Source: a bacterium (GTDB taxonomy: Bacteria; UBA8248; JACPRG01; G963555815). From it: a DNA stretch of 64,000 nucleotides. Below are positions 19,911 through 30,312 of this stretch, piece by piece. A model generated the notes under the pieces. It saw only the letters and a program-made list of their open reading frames with translations. It did not search any database and was not told the origin of the DNA. Both the position numbers and the translations under genes were made by a program. Where the stretch lies: positions 4,800,001 through 4,864,000 of the forward strand of contig OZ244653.1 in NCBI GenBank assembly GCA_965218795.1, given 5' to 3'. Within the stretch, counting starts at the first letter, position 1. Every line of letters begins with the position of its first letter.

Positions 19911-21902
19911 ATGACTGACACCTATTACATCACAACGCCGATTTATTATGTGAATGATGTGCCCCACATCGGGCATGCCTACACGACGATTGCCGCGGAT
20001 ACACTGGCTCGGTTTCAGCGTTTGGCCGGAAAACGGGTTTTCTTCCTGACCGGGACGGATGAACACGGCCAAAAGGTGGAACGCGCTGCGCGGGAGCAAG
20101 GTCTGACTCCCCAGGCGTTGGCCGACCGGGTCGTCGAGCGCTATCACCACCTGTGGGAAAGGCTCCGGATCGAGCCGGATGATTTCATTCGGACGACGGA
20201 AGCCCGCCACAAGATCGGCGTGGAAGCTCTCTTTCGCCGTGTCTGGGAAAAGGGCGATATCTATCTGGATGAATACGAGGGCTGGTACTGCACATCGGAT
20301 GAGTCGTTCTGGACGGAGATCCAGTTGGTGGACGGGAGATGTCCGGAATGCGGAAGAGCCGTCGAGCGTGTGCGGGAGTCAAGCTATTTCTTTCGGATGT
20401 CCAAATACCAGGAGCCGCTTCTCCAGCATCTCGAGGAACACCCGAAGTTCGTTCTCCCCGAAACCCGTCGGAACGAGATCGTCAGTTTCGTGAAGGGAGG
20501 CCTGCGAGATCTCAGCATCAGCCGAACCAGCTTCGAATGGGGTATCCCGGTTCCGAACGATCCGAGTCATGTTCTTTATGTGTGGTTCGATGCCCTCACG
20601 AATTACATCTCCGCCCTGGGTTTTGGACAGGAAGGCGGGGAAGAAAACCACCGGACGTTTTGGCCGGTCAATGTTCATCTGATAGGGAAGGATATCCTGA
20701 GGTTTCATGCGGTGTATTGGCCGACGTTTCTGATGTCCGCTGAACTACCTCTACCCGAGTGTGTCTTTGCGCACGGGTGGTGGACGGTCGAGGGCCGGAA
20801 AATGTCCAAGTCTCTCCGCAACGTTGTCGAACCCAATCGGTTGCTGGATCAATACGGCACCGACGCCGTTCGATACTTCCTGTTGAGAGAAATACCTTTC
20901 GGGCAGGACGGAGACTTCTCGCATGAGGCTTTGATTGATCGGATGAACAGCGACCTGGCGAACGATTTCGGCAACCTCTTGCATCGGACGATCGGGATGA
21001 TCGACAGGTTCTGTGATGGGAAGCTCCCGCCGTGTTCCGAGCCGGGAGCACTGGAGCGGGAGATACGGGATGCGGCCGGAGCAACGACGGATGCGCTGAT
21101 CCGCGACCTTGAGTCGTTCGAATTCCATCCGGCCCTGAAATCAATCTGGGATTTCATCGGTCGGGTGAACAAATATCTGGATGAACGCGCGCCCTGGGCA
21201 TCCGCGAAGGCGGGTCAAAATGCAGACGTCCAGACAACGCTCCACACGGCGGCGGAAGCCCTCCAGGCCTTGTCGGTCTGGCTGTGGCCTTTCATGCCTG
21301 AGAGCGCGATGAAGGTTCGCTCCACCTTGGGGTTGCCGGAAGGCCACCCGCCGCGGTCCCTGGATGAAGGCCGCCGGTGGGGCCTCCTGCCCGTGGGAGA
21401 GTCCGTCAAGCTCGGCGCCCCGCTTTTCCCCCGTATCGAGGCGGATCAGGCGGAGGAAATCAAGAAGTCGGTTGTTCGAGAGATATCGGTTGACGAAGGG
21501 ACGGAACCTGCCAAGCTGAAAATCGCCGGCGGGAACGGCACAATATCCGCTCCTTCCCGCCCGGAGACGGAAGGAGAGGCGATGATCGACTATGAAGCCT
21601 TCTCGAACGTATCATTGCGGGTCGCTACCATTGTCTCGGCCGAGAAGGTGGAGAAATCCAGAAACCTGCTGAAGCTGAGAGTGGATTTGGGAAGCGAGGA
21701 GCGAACGGTTGTGGCCGGCATCGCCGGGAGTTACCGGCCGGAGGAATTGCCGGGTAAATCTGTGGTCGTCGTTGCGAACTTGAGGCCGCGAAAATTGATG
21801 GGGATCGAGTCGCAGGGAATGATCCTGGCCGCCCGGGAGGATGAGGAGTTGACGCTCGTCACGGTGGATCGGCCCATCTCCCCGGGGAGTTCGGTCCAGT
21901 AG
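19911..21902 (+). CDS. metG: Methionine-tRNA ligase with C-terminal tRNA-binding domain
   Basis: YITTPIYYVN, HIGH, KMSKS, GIESQGMIL. Confidence 0.98.
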   Translation: MTDTYYITTPIYYVNDVPHIGHAYTTIAADTLARFQRLAGKRVFFLTGTDEHGQKVERAAREQGLTPQALADRVVERYHHLWERLRIEPDDFIRTTEARHKIGVEALFRRVWEKGDIYLDEYEGWYCTSDESFWTEIQLVDGRCPECGRAVERVRESSYFFRMSKYQEPLLQHLEEHPKFVLPETRRNEIVSFVKGGLRDLSISRTSFEWGIPVPNDPSHVLYVWFDALTNYISALGFGQEGGEENHRTFWPVNVHLIGKDILRFHAVYWPTFLMSAELPLPECVFAHGWWTVEGRKMSKSLRNVVEPNRLLDQYGTDAVRYFLLREIPFGQDGDFSHEALIDRMNSDLANDFGNLLHRTIGMIDRFCDGKLPPCSEPGALEREIRDAAGATTDALIRDLESFEFHPALKSIWDFIGRVNKYLDERAPWASAKAGQNADVQTTLHTAAEALQALSVWLWPFMPESAMKVRSTLGLPEGHPPRSLDEGRRWGLLPVGESVKLGAPLFPRIEADQAEEIKKSVVREISVDEGTEPAKLKIAGGNGTISAPSRPETEGEAMIDYEAFSNVSLRVATIVSAEKVEKSRNLLKLRVDLGSEERTVVAGIAGSYRPEELPGKSVVVVANLRPRKLMGIESQGMILAAREDEELTLVTVDRPISPGSSVQ

Positions 21903-21968
21903 GCGGTTGGACAACGAAGGCCCGGGAGCCGCCGACCCCTTCGAAATCGCGCGAAAGGAACCCTTCGG

Positions 21969-23372
21969 GTGGAAGAATCAGATGACATCAGCTGGGTGGA
22001 TACCCACTGTCATTTGGAAGATCCCCAGTTCGACAATGACAGGCGGGCGGTTCTTCAGCGTGCCGAACAATCCGGGGTTCGGTTTGTCATCACCTTGGGT
22101 TCCGACATCCTCAGCAGTCGAAAAGCCTTGGAACTGGCGCAGACTCACGATGCGGTTTTCGCGGGGGTAGGCATCCATCCGCATGAAGCGAAGAAGGCGG
22201 GAAAGCGAACCTATGCGACGCTGACCAAACTCTCCAAGGAGCCCAAGGTTGTCGCCATCGGCGAAGTCGGGCTCGACTTCTATCGCGATCACTCGCCGCG
22301 GGAGCAGCAAGAAGAGGTGTTCCGGAATCAAATTCGGTTGGCGAAAAAGGTCGAACGCCCTCTGGTCCTTCATGAGCGGGAGTCACACGATGACATGATC
22401 CGTATTCTCAAGGAAGAGCGCGCCTGGGAGGTTCGGGGTGTGATCCATTGCTTCACGGGCGGCCCCCGCGAAGTCGAAGATTACCTCGACTTGGATTTTT
22501 TCGTTTCCCTGGCCGGTCCGGTGACTTTCCCGAAGTCGGCCTCGCTCCAGGAGACGGTGAAACGGATCCCGCTGGAGCGCTTGATGATTGAAACGGATTC
22601 TCCTTACCTCACTCCGGCCCCATTCCGCGGAAAGCGACCCAATGAACCCGCCATGGTCGTTTCGGTGGCGAACAAGGTTGCCGAGTTACTGGAATTGCCG
22701 CTGGAAGACTTGGCTCGGATCACGAACTACAATGCCCACGCCATGTTTGGAATTCCGTCCGTTAATTCCAACCCGCAAATGGTCTACAAGCTGCGCGGCG
22801 GCGTGCATGTCAACCTCACCTATACCTGTACCAACCACTGTTTCTATTGCCCTGGATTTTCTTCGGATTATCATTTCGGGCATAACCTGAAGCTGGAGCG
22901 GGATCCGCTTGCCGACGAAGTGTGGACGTCGCTGGAGTCCAAGGGTGAGGTGAACGGCGTGGTGACGTTTAGCGGCTACGGGGAACCCTGTCTTCGGCTG
23001 GACGTCCTCCTTGAGCTTGCCAAGCGGATCAAGGACGCCGGGGGGGTGGTACGCGTTCTGACCAATGGTCAGGGAAATTTGATTCACGGTCGGAATATCG
23101 TGCCGGACCTTGCAGGTCTCGTCGATCAGATCCGCATTTCCCTTCACGCGGAGTCTTCGGAAAAGTACGTGAAGGTTGCCGCCCCCCAGTCAGGGGAGGA
23201 GGCCTTTCAAAGTGTTCTGGCGTTTATCCGTGAAGCCAATCAGAGCATCCCCGATGTCGAGGTTGTCATCCCGAATCGGCCCATGATGATAGACGTGGAT
23301 AGATTGGAGAAACTGGTGGCCGACGACCTGGGGGTTCGAACTGTCCGACACGATTTCGCCGTCTACTCCTAA
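21969..23372 (+). CDS. TatD hydrolase fused to a radical SAM domain
   Basis: DTHCH, GIHPH, IGEVGLD and IETDSPYL, followed by CTNHCFYC (CxxxCxxC), FSGYGEP and LTNGQG. Confidence 0.92.
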   Translation: MEESDDISWVDTHCHLEDPQFDNDRRAVLQRAEQSGVRFVITLGSDILSSRKALELAQTHDAVFAGVGIHPHEAKKAGKRTYATLTKLSKEPKVVAIGEVGLDFYRDHSPREQQEEVFRNQIRLAKKVERPLVLHERESHDDMIRILKEERAWEVRGVIHCFTGGPREVEDYLDLDFFVSLAGPVTFPKSASLQETVKRIPLERLMIETDSPYLTPAPFRGKRPNEPAMVVSVANKVAELLELPLEDLARITNYNAHAMFGIPSVNSNPQMVYKLRGGVHVNLTYTCTNHCFYCPGFSSDYHFGHNLKLERDPLADEVWTSLESKGEVNGVVTFSGYGEPCLRLDVLLELAKRIKDAGGVVRVLTNGQGNLIHGRNIVPDLAGLVDQIRISLHAESSEKYVKVAAPQSGEEAFQSVLAFIREANQSIPDVEVVIPNRPMMIDVDRLEKLVADDLGVRTVRHDFAVYS

Positions 23373-23427
23373 ATCCGCACAACCCGAAGATCGGACCGGT
23401 CCAATCGACTCTCAGCTCCTTCCGGGT

Positions 23428-24288
23428 CTAATTCTTGCCCGCGTCTTCGATTCGAATCCTCTCAATGGACAGAGCGCGGCCCGATTCCCGGTCCGCGGTG
23501 ATAAGAACCGCGTTGAGTTGACCCGGGCCGGACGCCGGTTCGAATTTCTGGGGAAGTCCCGTTAAAAAGCGCTGTATGGCCGGCTCCCGCTTGACGCCGA
23601 TGACGGAGACCCAGGGTCCCGTCATGCCCACATCGGTCATGTAGGCGGTCCCCTCCGGCAGGATCCGTTCGTCCGATGTCTGTACGTGAGTATGGGTCCC
23701 GAGGACTGCGGATACCTGGCCGTCCAGAAACCATCCCATGGCGATCTTTTCGGAAGTGGCTTCGGCGTGCATATCCACAAGAATGACAGGCGTCTCCCGA
23801 CGGAGCTGATCGACATGGTGCGAGGCTGAGCGGAACGGGCATTCCAGGCTGATCGGGATAAACACCCGACCCATCAAATTGAGCACACCGACCCGCAACT
23901 GATTGGACACCTCATAGACGTAAGAACCCCAGCCCGGCGTTCCGGCGGGGTAATTGGCCGGCCGCAAAATGCGAGGCTCATGTGGAATGATGTCGTAGAT
24001 TTCGCGCTTGTTCCAGATGTGGTTTCCGGAGGTCAGGACCTGAACCCCCATGTCGAATAGATCGTCGGCCACCTCTCGGGTTATTCCCACGCCGCCCGCA
24101 GCGTTTTCTCCATTGGCGACACAGAGATCCACCTGGTGGTCCTTCAGGAGCGTGGGTAAGTGCTCCCTCAGGATCCGCCGGCCCGGCTTCCCCACAATAT
24201 CCGAGACAAAAAGAATCGTTGCTCGGGCGGACCGATCGTGCGTCGATTCCCCGGGCAAAGACGTTTGCGAAGACGAGGCGTCAGCCAA
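23428..24288 (-). CDS. ymdB: YmdB-like metallophosphoesterase
   Basis: DIVGKPG, NGENAAGG, TSGNH, DMHAEATSEK, GTHTHV; follows rny. Confidence 0.93.
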   Translation of the reverse strand: MADASSSQTSLPGESTHDRSARATILFVSDIVGKPGRRILREHLPTLLKDHQVDLCVANGENAAGGVGITREVADDLFDMGVQVLTSGNHIWNKREIYDIIPHEPRILRPANYPAGTPGWGSYVYEVSNQLRVGVLNLMGRVFIPISLECPFRSASHHVDQLRRETPVILVDMHAEATSEKIAMGWFLDGQVSAVLGTHTHVQTSDERILPEGTAYMTDVGMTGPWVSVIGVKREPAIQRFLTGLPQKFEPASGPGQLNAVLITADRESGRALSIERIRIEDAGKN

Positions 24289-24299
24289 TCAGGACCCCC

Positions 24300-25883
24300 T
24301 TATGTGGCGAGCTCGACCGATCGGGTCTCGCGGATCACGGTGACTTTGATCTCTCCCGGGTAGGTGAGCTCCTCTTCGATCCTTTTGGCGATGTCCTTTG
24401 CCAGGAAGATCGCTTCCGATTCATTGACAGTGGAGGGTTCGACAATCACACGGATTTCTCTTCCCGCCTGGATGGCGTAGGTTTTCTCGACGCCCTTGAA
24501 AGAGTCGCCGATCTTTTCGAGTTGTTCCAGACGCTTGACGTGGGATTCCAAGGTCTCTCGACGAGCGCCCGGACGCGCTGCTGAGAGAGCGTCCGCCGCG
24601 CAAACCGCAATCGACTCGATGCTGGTGGGCTCTTCTTCCTCGTGATGGGCCGCAATAGCGTTCAGAACAACCGGGGATTCCTGATACCGGCGGGCCACCT
24701 CGATACCGATCTGAACGTGAGAACCTTCCAACTCGTGGTCCAGAGCTTTACCGATATCGTGGAGCAATCCGGCCCGCTTGGCCAGCTTGACGTCGCCGCC
24801 GAGTTCCGCGGCCACGAGCCCACTCAGATGGGCCACTTCTTTGGAATGCATCAGGACGTTTTGGCTGTAACTGGTCCTGTAATTCAACCGCCCCAGGAGG
24901 CGGAGGATTTCCGGATTGAGCGCATCCACCCCCATCTCCATCGCGGTCTGCTGCCCAATCTCTCGAATATGCTTATCCATCTCGGTCTTGACCTTGACGA
25001 CGACATCTTCAATGCGTTTGGGATGGATTCGTCCGTCGGATACCAGCCGTTCGAGTGCCCGCTTTGCGATCTCACGCTTGATCGGATCAAAGCCTGAGAT
25101 GATGACCGCTTCGGGAGTGTCGTCGATAATGAGATCTACGCCCGTAGCCATCTCCATCGCTCGGATGTTGCGGCCTTCGCGCCCAATGATTCTGCCCTTC
25201 ATTTCGTCGTTCGGGAGATTCACGACCGAAAGCGTGCTCTCCGACACATGGTCCGCCGCATAACGTTGAATGGCGATTCCGATGATGCGATTGGCTTTCT
25301 GTTCCGCGTTCTCCCGCGCTTCCTCCTCGATTCGACGAACTTGATGAGCGCATTCATGGCGGGCCTCCTCGATCATTTGATCCATGAGGGTCTTCTTGGC
25401 CTCTGCAACCGTCAATCCGGAAACTTGTTCGAGCGCCCGGGTTTGCTCTAGACGAAGCCGGTCCACTTCTTCCAAATGCGCATTGAGTTTTGTGTTCTTC
25501 TCTACGGCTTGTTCCAGTTGGTTTTCTACCTGCCGTTCTCGCTTCTCGACCGTTTCACGTTTGCCTTCGAGCGCCTCTTCCCGCTGGATGAGCCGGCGCT
25601 CTTGGGATTGGATCTCCTGTCTCCGTTCCCTGATTTCTTCTTCCAGTTCCCGGCTGACGCGCAACCGCTCCTCTTTGGCCTCCAGTTCCGCCTGGCGACG
25701 GGTGTTCTCCGCCTCTCGAGCGGTTTCGATCTGGATCCGAGAGGCCTGTTCCTCAGCTTCCTTGAGCTTGGCTTGGACGGATACCCGGCGAAGCAGGAAC
25801 CCGATGACGCCGCCTGCAACCAATATCAGCGCCATCAGGCCCAAGCCTGCGGGATTCATCCAAATGGCCATCCATTCCGACAC
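24300..25883 (-). CDS. rny: Ribonuclease Y
   Basis: N-terminal TM helix, coiled coil, KH domain ([14 protein letters not shown]), HD domain (LLHDIGK), SAARPGAR. Confidence 0.98.
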   Translation of the reverse strand: MSEWMAIWMNPAGLGLMALILVAGGVIGFLLRRVSVQAKLKEAEEQASRIQIETAREAENTRRQAELEAKEERLRVSRELEEEIRERRQEIQSQERRLIQREEALEGKRETVEKRERQVENQLEQAVEKNTKLNAHLEEVDRLRLEQTRALEQVSGLTVAEAKKTLMDQMIEEARHECAHQVRRIEEEARENAEQKANRIIGIAIQRYAADHVSESTLSVVNLPNDEMKGRIIGREGRNIRAMEMATGVDLIIDDTPEAVIISGFDPIKREIAKRALERLVSDGRIHPKRIEDVVVKVKTEMDKHIREIGQQTAMEMGVDALNPEILRLLGRLNYRTSYSQNVLMHSKEVAHLSGLVAAELGGDVKLAKRAGLLHDIGKALDHELEGSHVQIGIEVARRYQESPVVLNAIAAHHEEEEPTSIESIAVCAADALSAARPGARRETLESHVKRLEQLEKIGDSFKGVEKTYAIQAGREIRVIVEPSTVNESEAIFLAKDIAKRIEEELTYPGEIKVTVIRETRSVELAT

Positions 25884-25905
25884 GGCGATTCACCTCCTCG
25901 GTGAT

Positions 25906-26616
25906 TCAGCGTTTTACACTACGAGAATGACTCGACGATGGTCCTGTATGACAGCGAATGACACCATTCTCGGTGACCACCCGGTGCATGGGAACGTCCC
26001 AAGGGTCACTGGGCAGTAGATCGACGACCTGCAATGAAAACGCGAGCGCGATCCGAGGGGCTTCCGGCCGGGCCGCTCCGAGCAGCTGATCGTAATAGCC
26101 CTTCCCGAACCCGAGTCGAGAGCCGAATCGGTCAAATCCAAGACCAGGGATCACAAAACAGTCCATCTCAGACGGATCGATGGGCTTGAGATCACAAGGT
26201 TGCACGAGGCCAAAGCCGGACCGAACCCACCCCGGACCGGGCTCTTCCCTTCCTGGGGCATTGGACACCTCGGAGAGCATGAGGCCCGCATTGGATTCGG
26301 GAAGCACGACCGGAACCGCCACCTTGTATCCCCGCCCCAACGCCTTGCGCAAAAGGGTCCGGGTCCGGACTTCGTGGCCAAAGTCCACATAACAGGACAT
26401 CCAAACCTCTCGCCGCCCGGGTCGCCGTCTGTCCAGGTCGCGAATGGCCCGCAGACGCCAGAATCTCTCCAGTACGGATTGGCTCAGGCGGTCCACGCTG
26501 CGGGTGGAAAGGCGGTTTCGTCTGGCGAGAAGGGTCTTGCGCAAGCGGCTCTTGGCCGCAACTTCCGGAGTATCAGCTTCCCGAGGCCGAAGGGCGGGTT
26601 GCGAAGAGGCCGTCAC
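25906..26616 (-). CDS. 5-formyltetrahydrofolate cyclo-ligase
   Basis: KSRLRK, EVRT, IPGLGFDRFGSRLGFGKGYYD, VVTE; downstream of 6S RNA as usual. Confidence 0.92.
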   Translation of the reverse strand: MTASSQPALRPREADTPEVAAKSRLRKTLLARRNRLSTRSVDRLSQSVLERFWRLRAIRDLDRRRPGRREVWMSCYVDFGHEVRTRTLLRKALGRGYKVAVPVVLPESNAGLMLSEVSNAPGREEPGPGWVRSGFGLVQPCDLKPIDPSEMDCFVIPGLGFDRFGSRLGFGKGYYDQLLGAARPEAPRIALAFSLQVVDLLPSDPWDVPMHRVVTENGVIRCHTGPSSSHSRSVKR

Positions 26617-26984
26617 GCTTTGACTCCTTCTGCGCGACGGAGGGAGGTTCCGAACGGGCGGTGCCTGCGGGCTTCAGGAAGGTCGGTTCGTCCCCTCGTT
26701 TTTCACAAAATGCTTCTTCATGGGGGAGAACAGTTCGCCATTTTTGATGAGAAGCCGTGAGGACGGAGATCCGGACGCCAAGAACTCACAGAAGGCCTGC
26801 CGGATGTCTCACGCCTCGGATCGCATACAAACGACAAAATGGTCAATCGACCTCTAACCAGTAGCATATCCGCCTGGGAGAACGCTTCCACTCCGAGTTT
26901 TCATTTCATACGCAATAATGGTTGCGTATGGGTATCTTCCTTGGGCCCTGTGACAGCCGGATGGCCACACAGGGAAGACAAAAA

Positions 26985-27163
26985 GCCCCTGCCGAAATGC
27001 CGTGCAGGCTCTTTTTTTGAACCTGGCAGAACCAGGTGGGCGCCTCGGAGGGTGCTTCAGGCTCGCTCCGGCTAGGGAGGTGCACACCACACCCATCTCC
27101 CGGCTCCCTTTTCTTGTCTGTTGGCTCAAAAATTTTTTGCCCATCACGCGCATGGCAGGGGAA
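26985..27163 (-). ncRNA. ssrS: 6S RNA
   Basis: About 180 nt between zapA and the 5-formyl-THF cyclo-ligase gene. Ends pair (CCCCTGCC/GGCAGGGG), with TTGAGCC...GGTTCAA helix motifs flanking A-rich bubbles. Confidence 0.88.
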
Positions 27164-27177
27164 ATCGTTCGTTCCGT

Positions 27178-27465
27178 TCATTCTGCGCTCTCGACCATGG
27201 ACAGCAAATCAGTCGTGCGCTTCTCCATTTCAGATTCCGTTCGTTCCGCCTGGAAGAGCTCGTTCGCGATATTCAGCGCCGCCAATACGGCGACTTTCTG
27301 TGTGTCCACCGCGTTGGATTGCTTGGAAACATTTTGCATCTTCTCATCGACATAGCAGGCCAAGGTGCGGGTATATTCAGGATCCGCTCCGGCCAGCACC
27401 AAATAGGTCTTGCCGAAAATGTCCACCGATACGGTGTTCCTTCCGGCCACCGCGCTTTCTCCCAT
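27178..27465 (-). CDS. zapA: Cell division protein ZapA
   Basis: VDIFGKTY, LACYVDEKM, AVLAALNIANELF. Confidence 0.93.
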   Translation of the reverse strand: MGESAVAGRNTVSVDIFGKTYLVLAGADPEYTRTLACYVDEKMQNVSKQSNAVDTQKVAVLAALNIANELFQAERTESEMEKRTTDLLSMVESAE

Positions 27466-27473
27466 GATTTTCG

Positions 27474-27713
27474 CTAGCTGGCTTTGCTCATGCGGGAAAT
27501 CGCCGACAATATGGACTCGACTTCCCGGCGAACGCCATCGCGCTCTTGTGCGAGCAGATCGTTTGTCCGCCGAAGCTCCTCAGCGGCGCCTTCCCCGCCT
27601 TCTCCCGACGCCGCCGTTTCCAGTTCGGCCAAACGAGCCTTCAATCCTTCCCGCTCGGAAAGCAGCGTCCGAAGCCGTCCTTCCAGCTTTTGCAGGTTCT
27701 CCAGACTTGTCAT
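27474..27713 (-). CDS. Short coiled-coil protein (ZapB-like)
   Basis: 79-aa heptad-rich ORF directly upstream of zapA. Confidence 0.7.
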   Translation of the reverse strand: MTSLENLQKLEGRLRTLLSEREGLKARLAELETAASGEGGEGAAEELRRTNDLLAQERDGVRREVESILSAISRMSKAS

Positions 27714-27797
27714 CGTCCACCTTCTCTTCAGAGTTAGCCTCTCTCGTATATTACGCCAATGCGGCTCTCCAAAAAAGCTTTTTTCCTTCCGCAGGCA

Positions 27798-30278
27798 TCA
27801 TCGCAGTTCGGCTTGAAAGTCACCCGCCAGCTTGGCAACGATTCGATCGTGAACTTCGGCCACCTCTTCACCCGTCAGTGTCCGTTCGTCCGACCGATAT
27901 TCGAGAGCGAATGCAATGCTCTTGTTTCCTGCAGGGATGTTCTCTCCCGTATGGACGTCGAAGGCTTCGGCCGATCGAACCAGGGGTGAACCCGCATCAA
28001 GAATCGTCCGCCGAAGCTCCTGCATGGTTACCTCCTGGGGCACGACGACAGCCAAATCCCTCGATGAGGCCGGAAACTTCGGCAATGGCTGGAACCGAGG
28101 GGACCGCCGCATCGCGTCTTCCAAAGGATCCGCCTTGATCTCGAACAGGAACACCGGCTGCGCAATGTCAAGGGATCGCAGGATGTCCGGATGGATTTCA
28201 CCCACCTCGCCGACCCTTTCCTCTTGCTTTAGCTCCCCCCATTTACACCAAACCGTACCTGATCGGGCTGGATGGAATGGCCTTCCCGAACCCGGGGTGA
28301 AGGATACGTCCTTGATGCCGAACGAATCGAAAAGATGCTCCAATATTCCCTTTATGTCGTAAAAGTCTCGTCCCTGGTCCTTGTGCGTCCAGGTCTTCCG
28401 CTCACTGCCTTGGTTCAAAAGGGCAGCGATATGCAGCGGCTCGATGGGTAGTGGATCGGAGGGAGACTCGGGCCGAGGAAGAAATACGCGTCCAGCCTCA
28501 TAGATTTGAACGTCTTGAACGTTATGGTTTAAATTCGCCGCGGCATTTTTCAACAGGCCGGGCCAAAGTCTGGGACGAAGCAAGGCAGCCCCTTGACTCA
28601 TCGGGTTCAACAGCCGAACCGTACCGCCGTTGGCATCACCACCTGAGAGATCCGTCGGTTTTTCTTCTGGTGAATCGTGTTCCGGTGGATCTTGAGCCGA
28701 TAGTTCCCGATCCGATACGAAGCTCAGGTTGACAGCTTCTACGAGGCCCGCTCCGCTCAGCACTTCCCCGACGCGGCAGAGCAACTCCCATTCGGAAGGC
28801 GGCCCAAAATGGATTTCCCCGGATGACGGCAGGGTGGCGGGGAACCTGTCGTATCCGTGAATGCGGGCCACCTCTTCGATCACATCGATTTCCCGCGTCA
28901 AATCCGGCCGGTGAAGCGGAACTTGAATGGCGATATGGTCTTGTTCCCTGATCGGCGTTGCCTCCAAACCAAGGCAAAGGAGAATTTCCGATACCTCACG
29001 GATCGAAAGATCCATTCCCAAAACGCGCTTGATTTGGGGCGTCCGTAGAATGATATTCCTTTTTTCGAGAAGATCGGTTTGGCAGACATCGGCGAAACCC
29101 CGAGCGGTTCGCCCCCCGGCCATACATCGTATCAACTCGGCAACGCGGTCCAGGGCCAAGTGTGTACCTTCAGGGTTCACGCCACGCTCGAACCGGTAAG
29201 AGGCCTCCGTGGAGATACCCAAAGCGCGCGCCGTTCTTCGGACACTTTCCGGTTGGAAATACGCGCTTTCCAACACAATGGAGGTCGATTTGAGGTCGAC
29301 TTCGGAATTCATGCCTCCCATAACGCCCCCGATGGCCACTGGGCCCTCCCTGTCGCAGATCATGCAGGCGGATTCGGGGGGGACCCGTTCTTCATTGTCC
29401 AGTGTCCAGAAGGATTCCCCCGCGCCGCCGGTCCATTCGCGCACGACGATCCTGCCGCCCCGGATTTTCTCCAGATCGAATGCGTGCAGCGGCTGCCCTC
29501 TCTCGTGCATCACGTAATTGGTTGCGTCCACCACGTTGTTGATAGGCCGAATTCCCGAGTGATGAAGGCGCCATTGCATCCAGAGCGGGGAGACCCCCAT
29601 CTCCACGCCTTGGATGACCCGGGCGGTATAGCGGGGGCAGAGCGCGGGAGTCTCGACCGCAACTTCGAGCAGCTCCTGAACGGGAGTCCCGTGTTCGAGG
29701 ACTCTTGGCTTCGAAGGATGAAGGGGGATTCTTTGAAGACTGGCCACCTCCCGCGCGATTCCCAGGATGCTCAGACAATCCCCGCGATTGGGCGTCACCT
29801 CCACTTCAAAAACGTAATCGGAAAGACCTGCCGCTTCACTCAGAGGCGCCCCCACTTCACAGGTTTCATCCAGAACCCAGATCCCGTCCTGCGCGTCCTG
29901 GAAGCCCAGTTCGCCGGCAGAACAGATCATTCCCTCTGAGAGGACGCCTCGGATCTCGGTCGCCTCAATCCTCTTTCTACTCGGGAGCATCGTGTCTGGC
30001 GGGACCACCGCAACCCGCTGACCTCGTGCGACATTCGGCGCGCCGCAAACGATCTTTTTCATTTCGTCTCCGGTTGAAACCGTACAGACCTGAAGCTTGT
30101 CCGCCTGGGGATGCGGGGAAATCTCGAGGATCTCACCGACGCGAATCGGCTCGAATTCCACCCCCACGCGCTCGACGCTTCCGGCTTCGACGCCGCTCAT
30201 GGTAAGGCCTTGGGTCAATTCTTCCGGTGACCCTTCATAGTCCACAAATTCTTTTAGCCAACTCCAGATGACGCGCAA
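27798..30278 (-). CDS. pheT: Phenylalanine-tRNA ligase beta subunit
   Basis: WLKEFV, IVCGAPNV, TPNRGDCLS, RFERG, IEEVARIHGYD, RDLAVVV. Confidence 0.98.
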   Translation of the reverse strand: MRVIWSWLKEFVDYEGSPEELTQGLTMSGVEAGSVERVGVEFEPIRVGEILEISPHPQADKLQVCTVSTGDEMKKIVCGAPNVARGQRVAVVPPDTMLPSRKRIEATEIRGVLSEGMICSAGELGFQDAQDGIWVLDETCEVGAPLSEAAGLSDYVFEVEVTPNRGDCLSILGIAREVASLQRIPLHPSKPRVLEHGTPVQELLEVAVETPALCPRYTARVIQGVEMGVSPLWMQWRLHHSGIRPINNVVDATNYVMHERGQPLHAFDLEKIRGGRIVVREWTGGAGESFWTLDNEERVPPESACMICDREGPVAIGGVMGGMNSEVDLKSTSIVLESAYFQPESVRRTARALGISTEASYRFERGVNPEGTHLALDRVAELIRCMAGGRTARGFADVCQTDLLEKRNIILRTPQIKRVLGMDLSIREVSEILLCLGLEATPIREQDHIAIQVPLHRPDLTREIDVIEEVARIHGYDRFPATLPSSGEIHFGPPSEWELLCRVGEVLSGAGLVEAVNLSFVSDRELSAQDPPEHDSPEEKPTDLSGGDANGGTVRLLNPMSQGAALLRPRLWPGLLKNAAANLNHNVQDVQIYEAGRVFLPRPESPSDPLPIEPLHIAALLNQGSERKTWTHKDQGRDFYDIKGILEHLFDSFGIKDVSFTPGSGRPFHPARSGTVWCKWGELKQEERVGEVGEIHPDILRSLDIAQPVFLFEIKADPLEDAMRRSPRFQPLPKFPASSRDLAVVVPQEVTMQELRRTILDAGSPLVRSAEAFDVHTGENIPAGNKSIAFALEYRSDERTLTGEEVAEVHDRIVAKLAGDFQAELR

Positions 30279-30312
30279 GGTTCAGGCTTCCGGCGAGAAG
30301 TGAGTGACGGCT

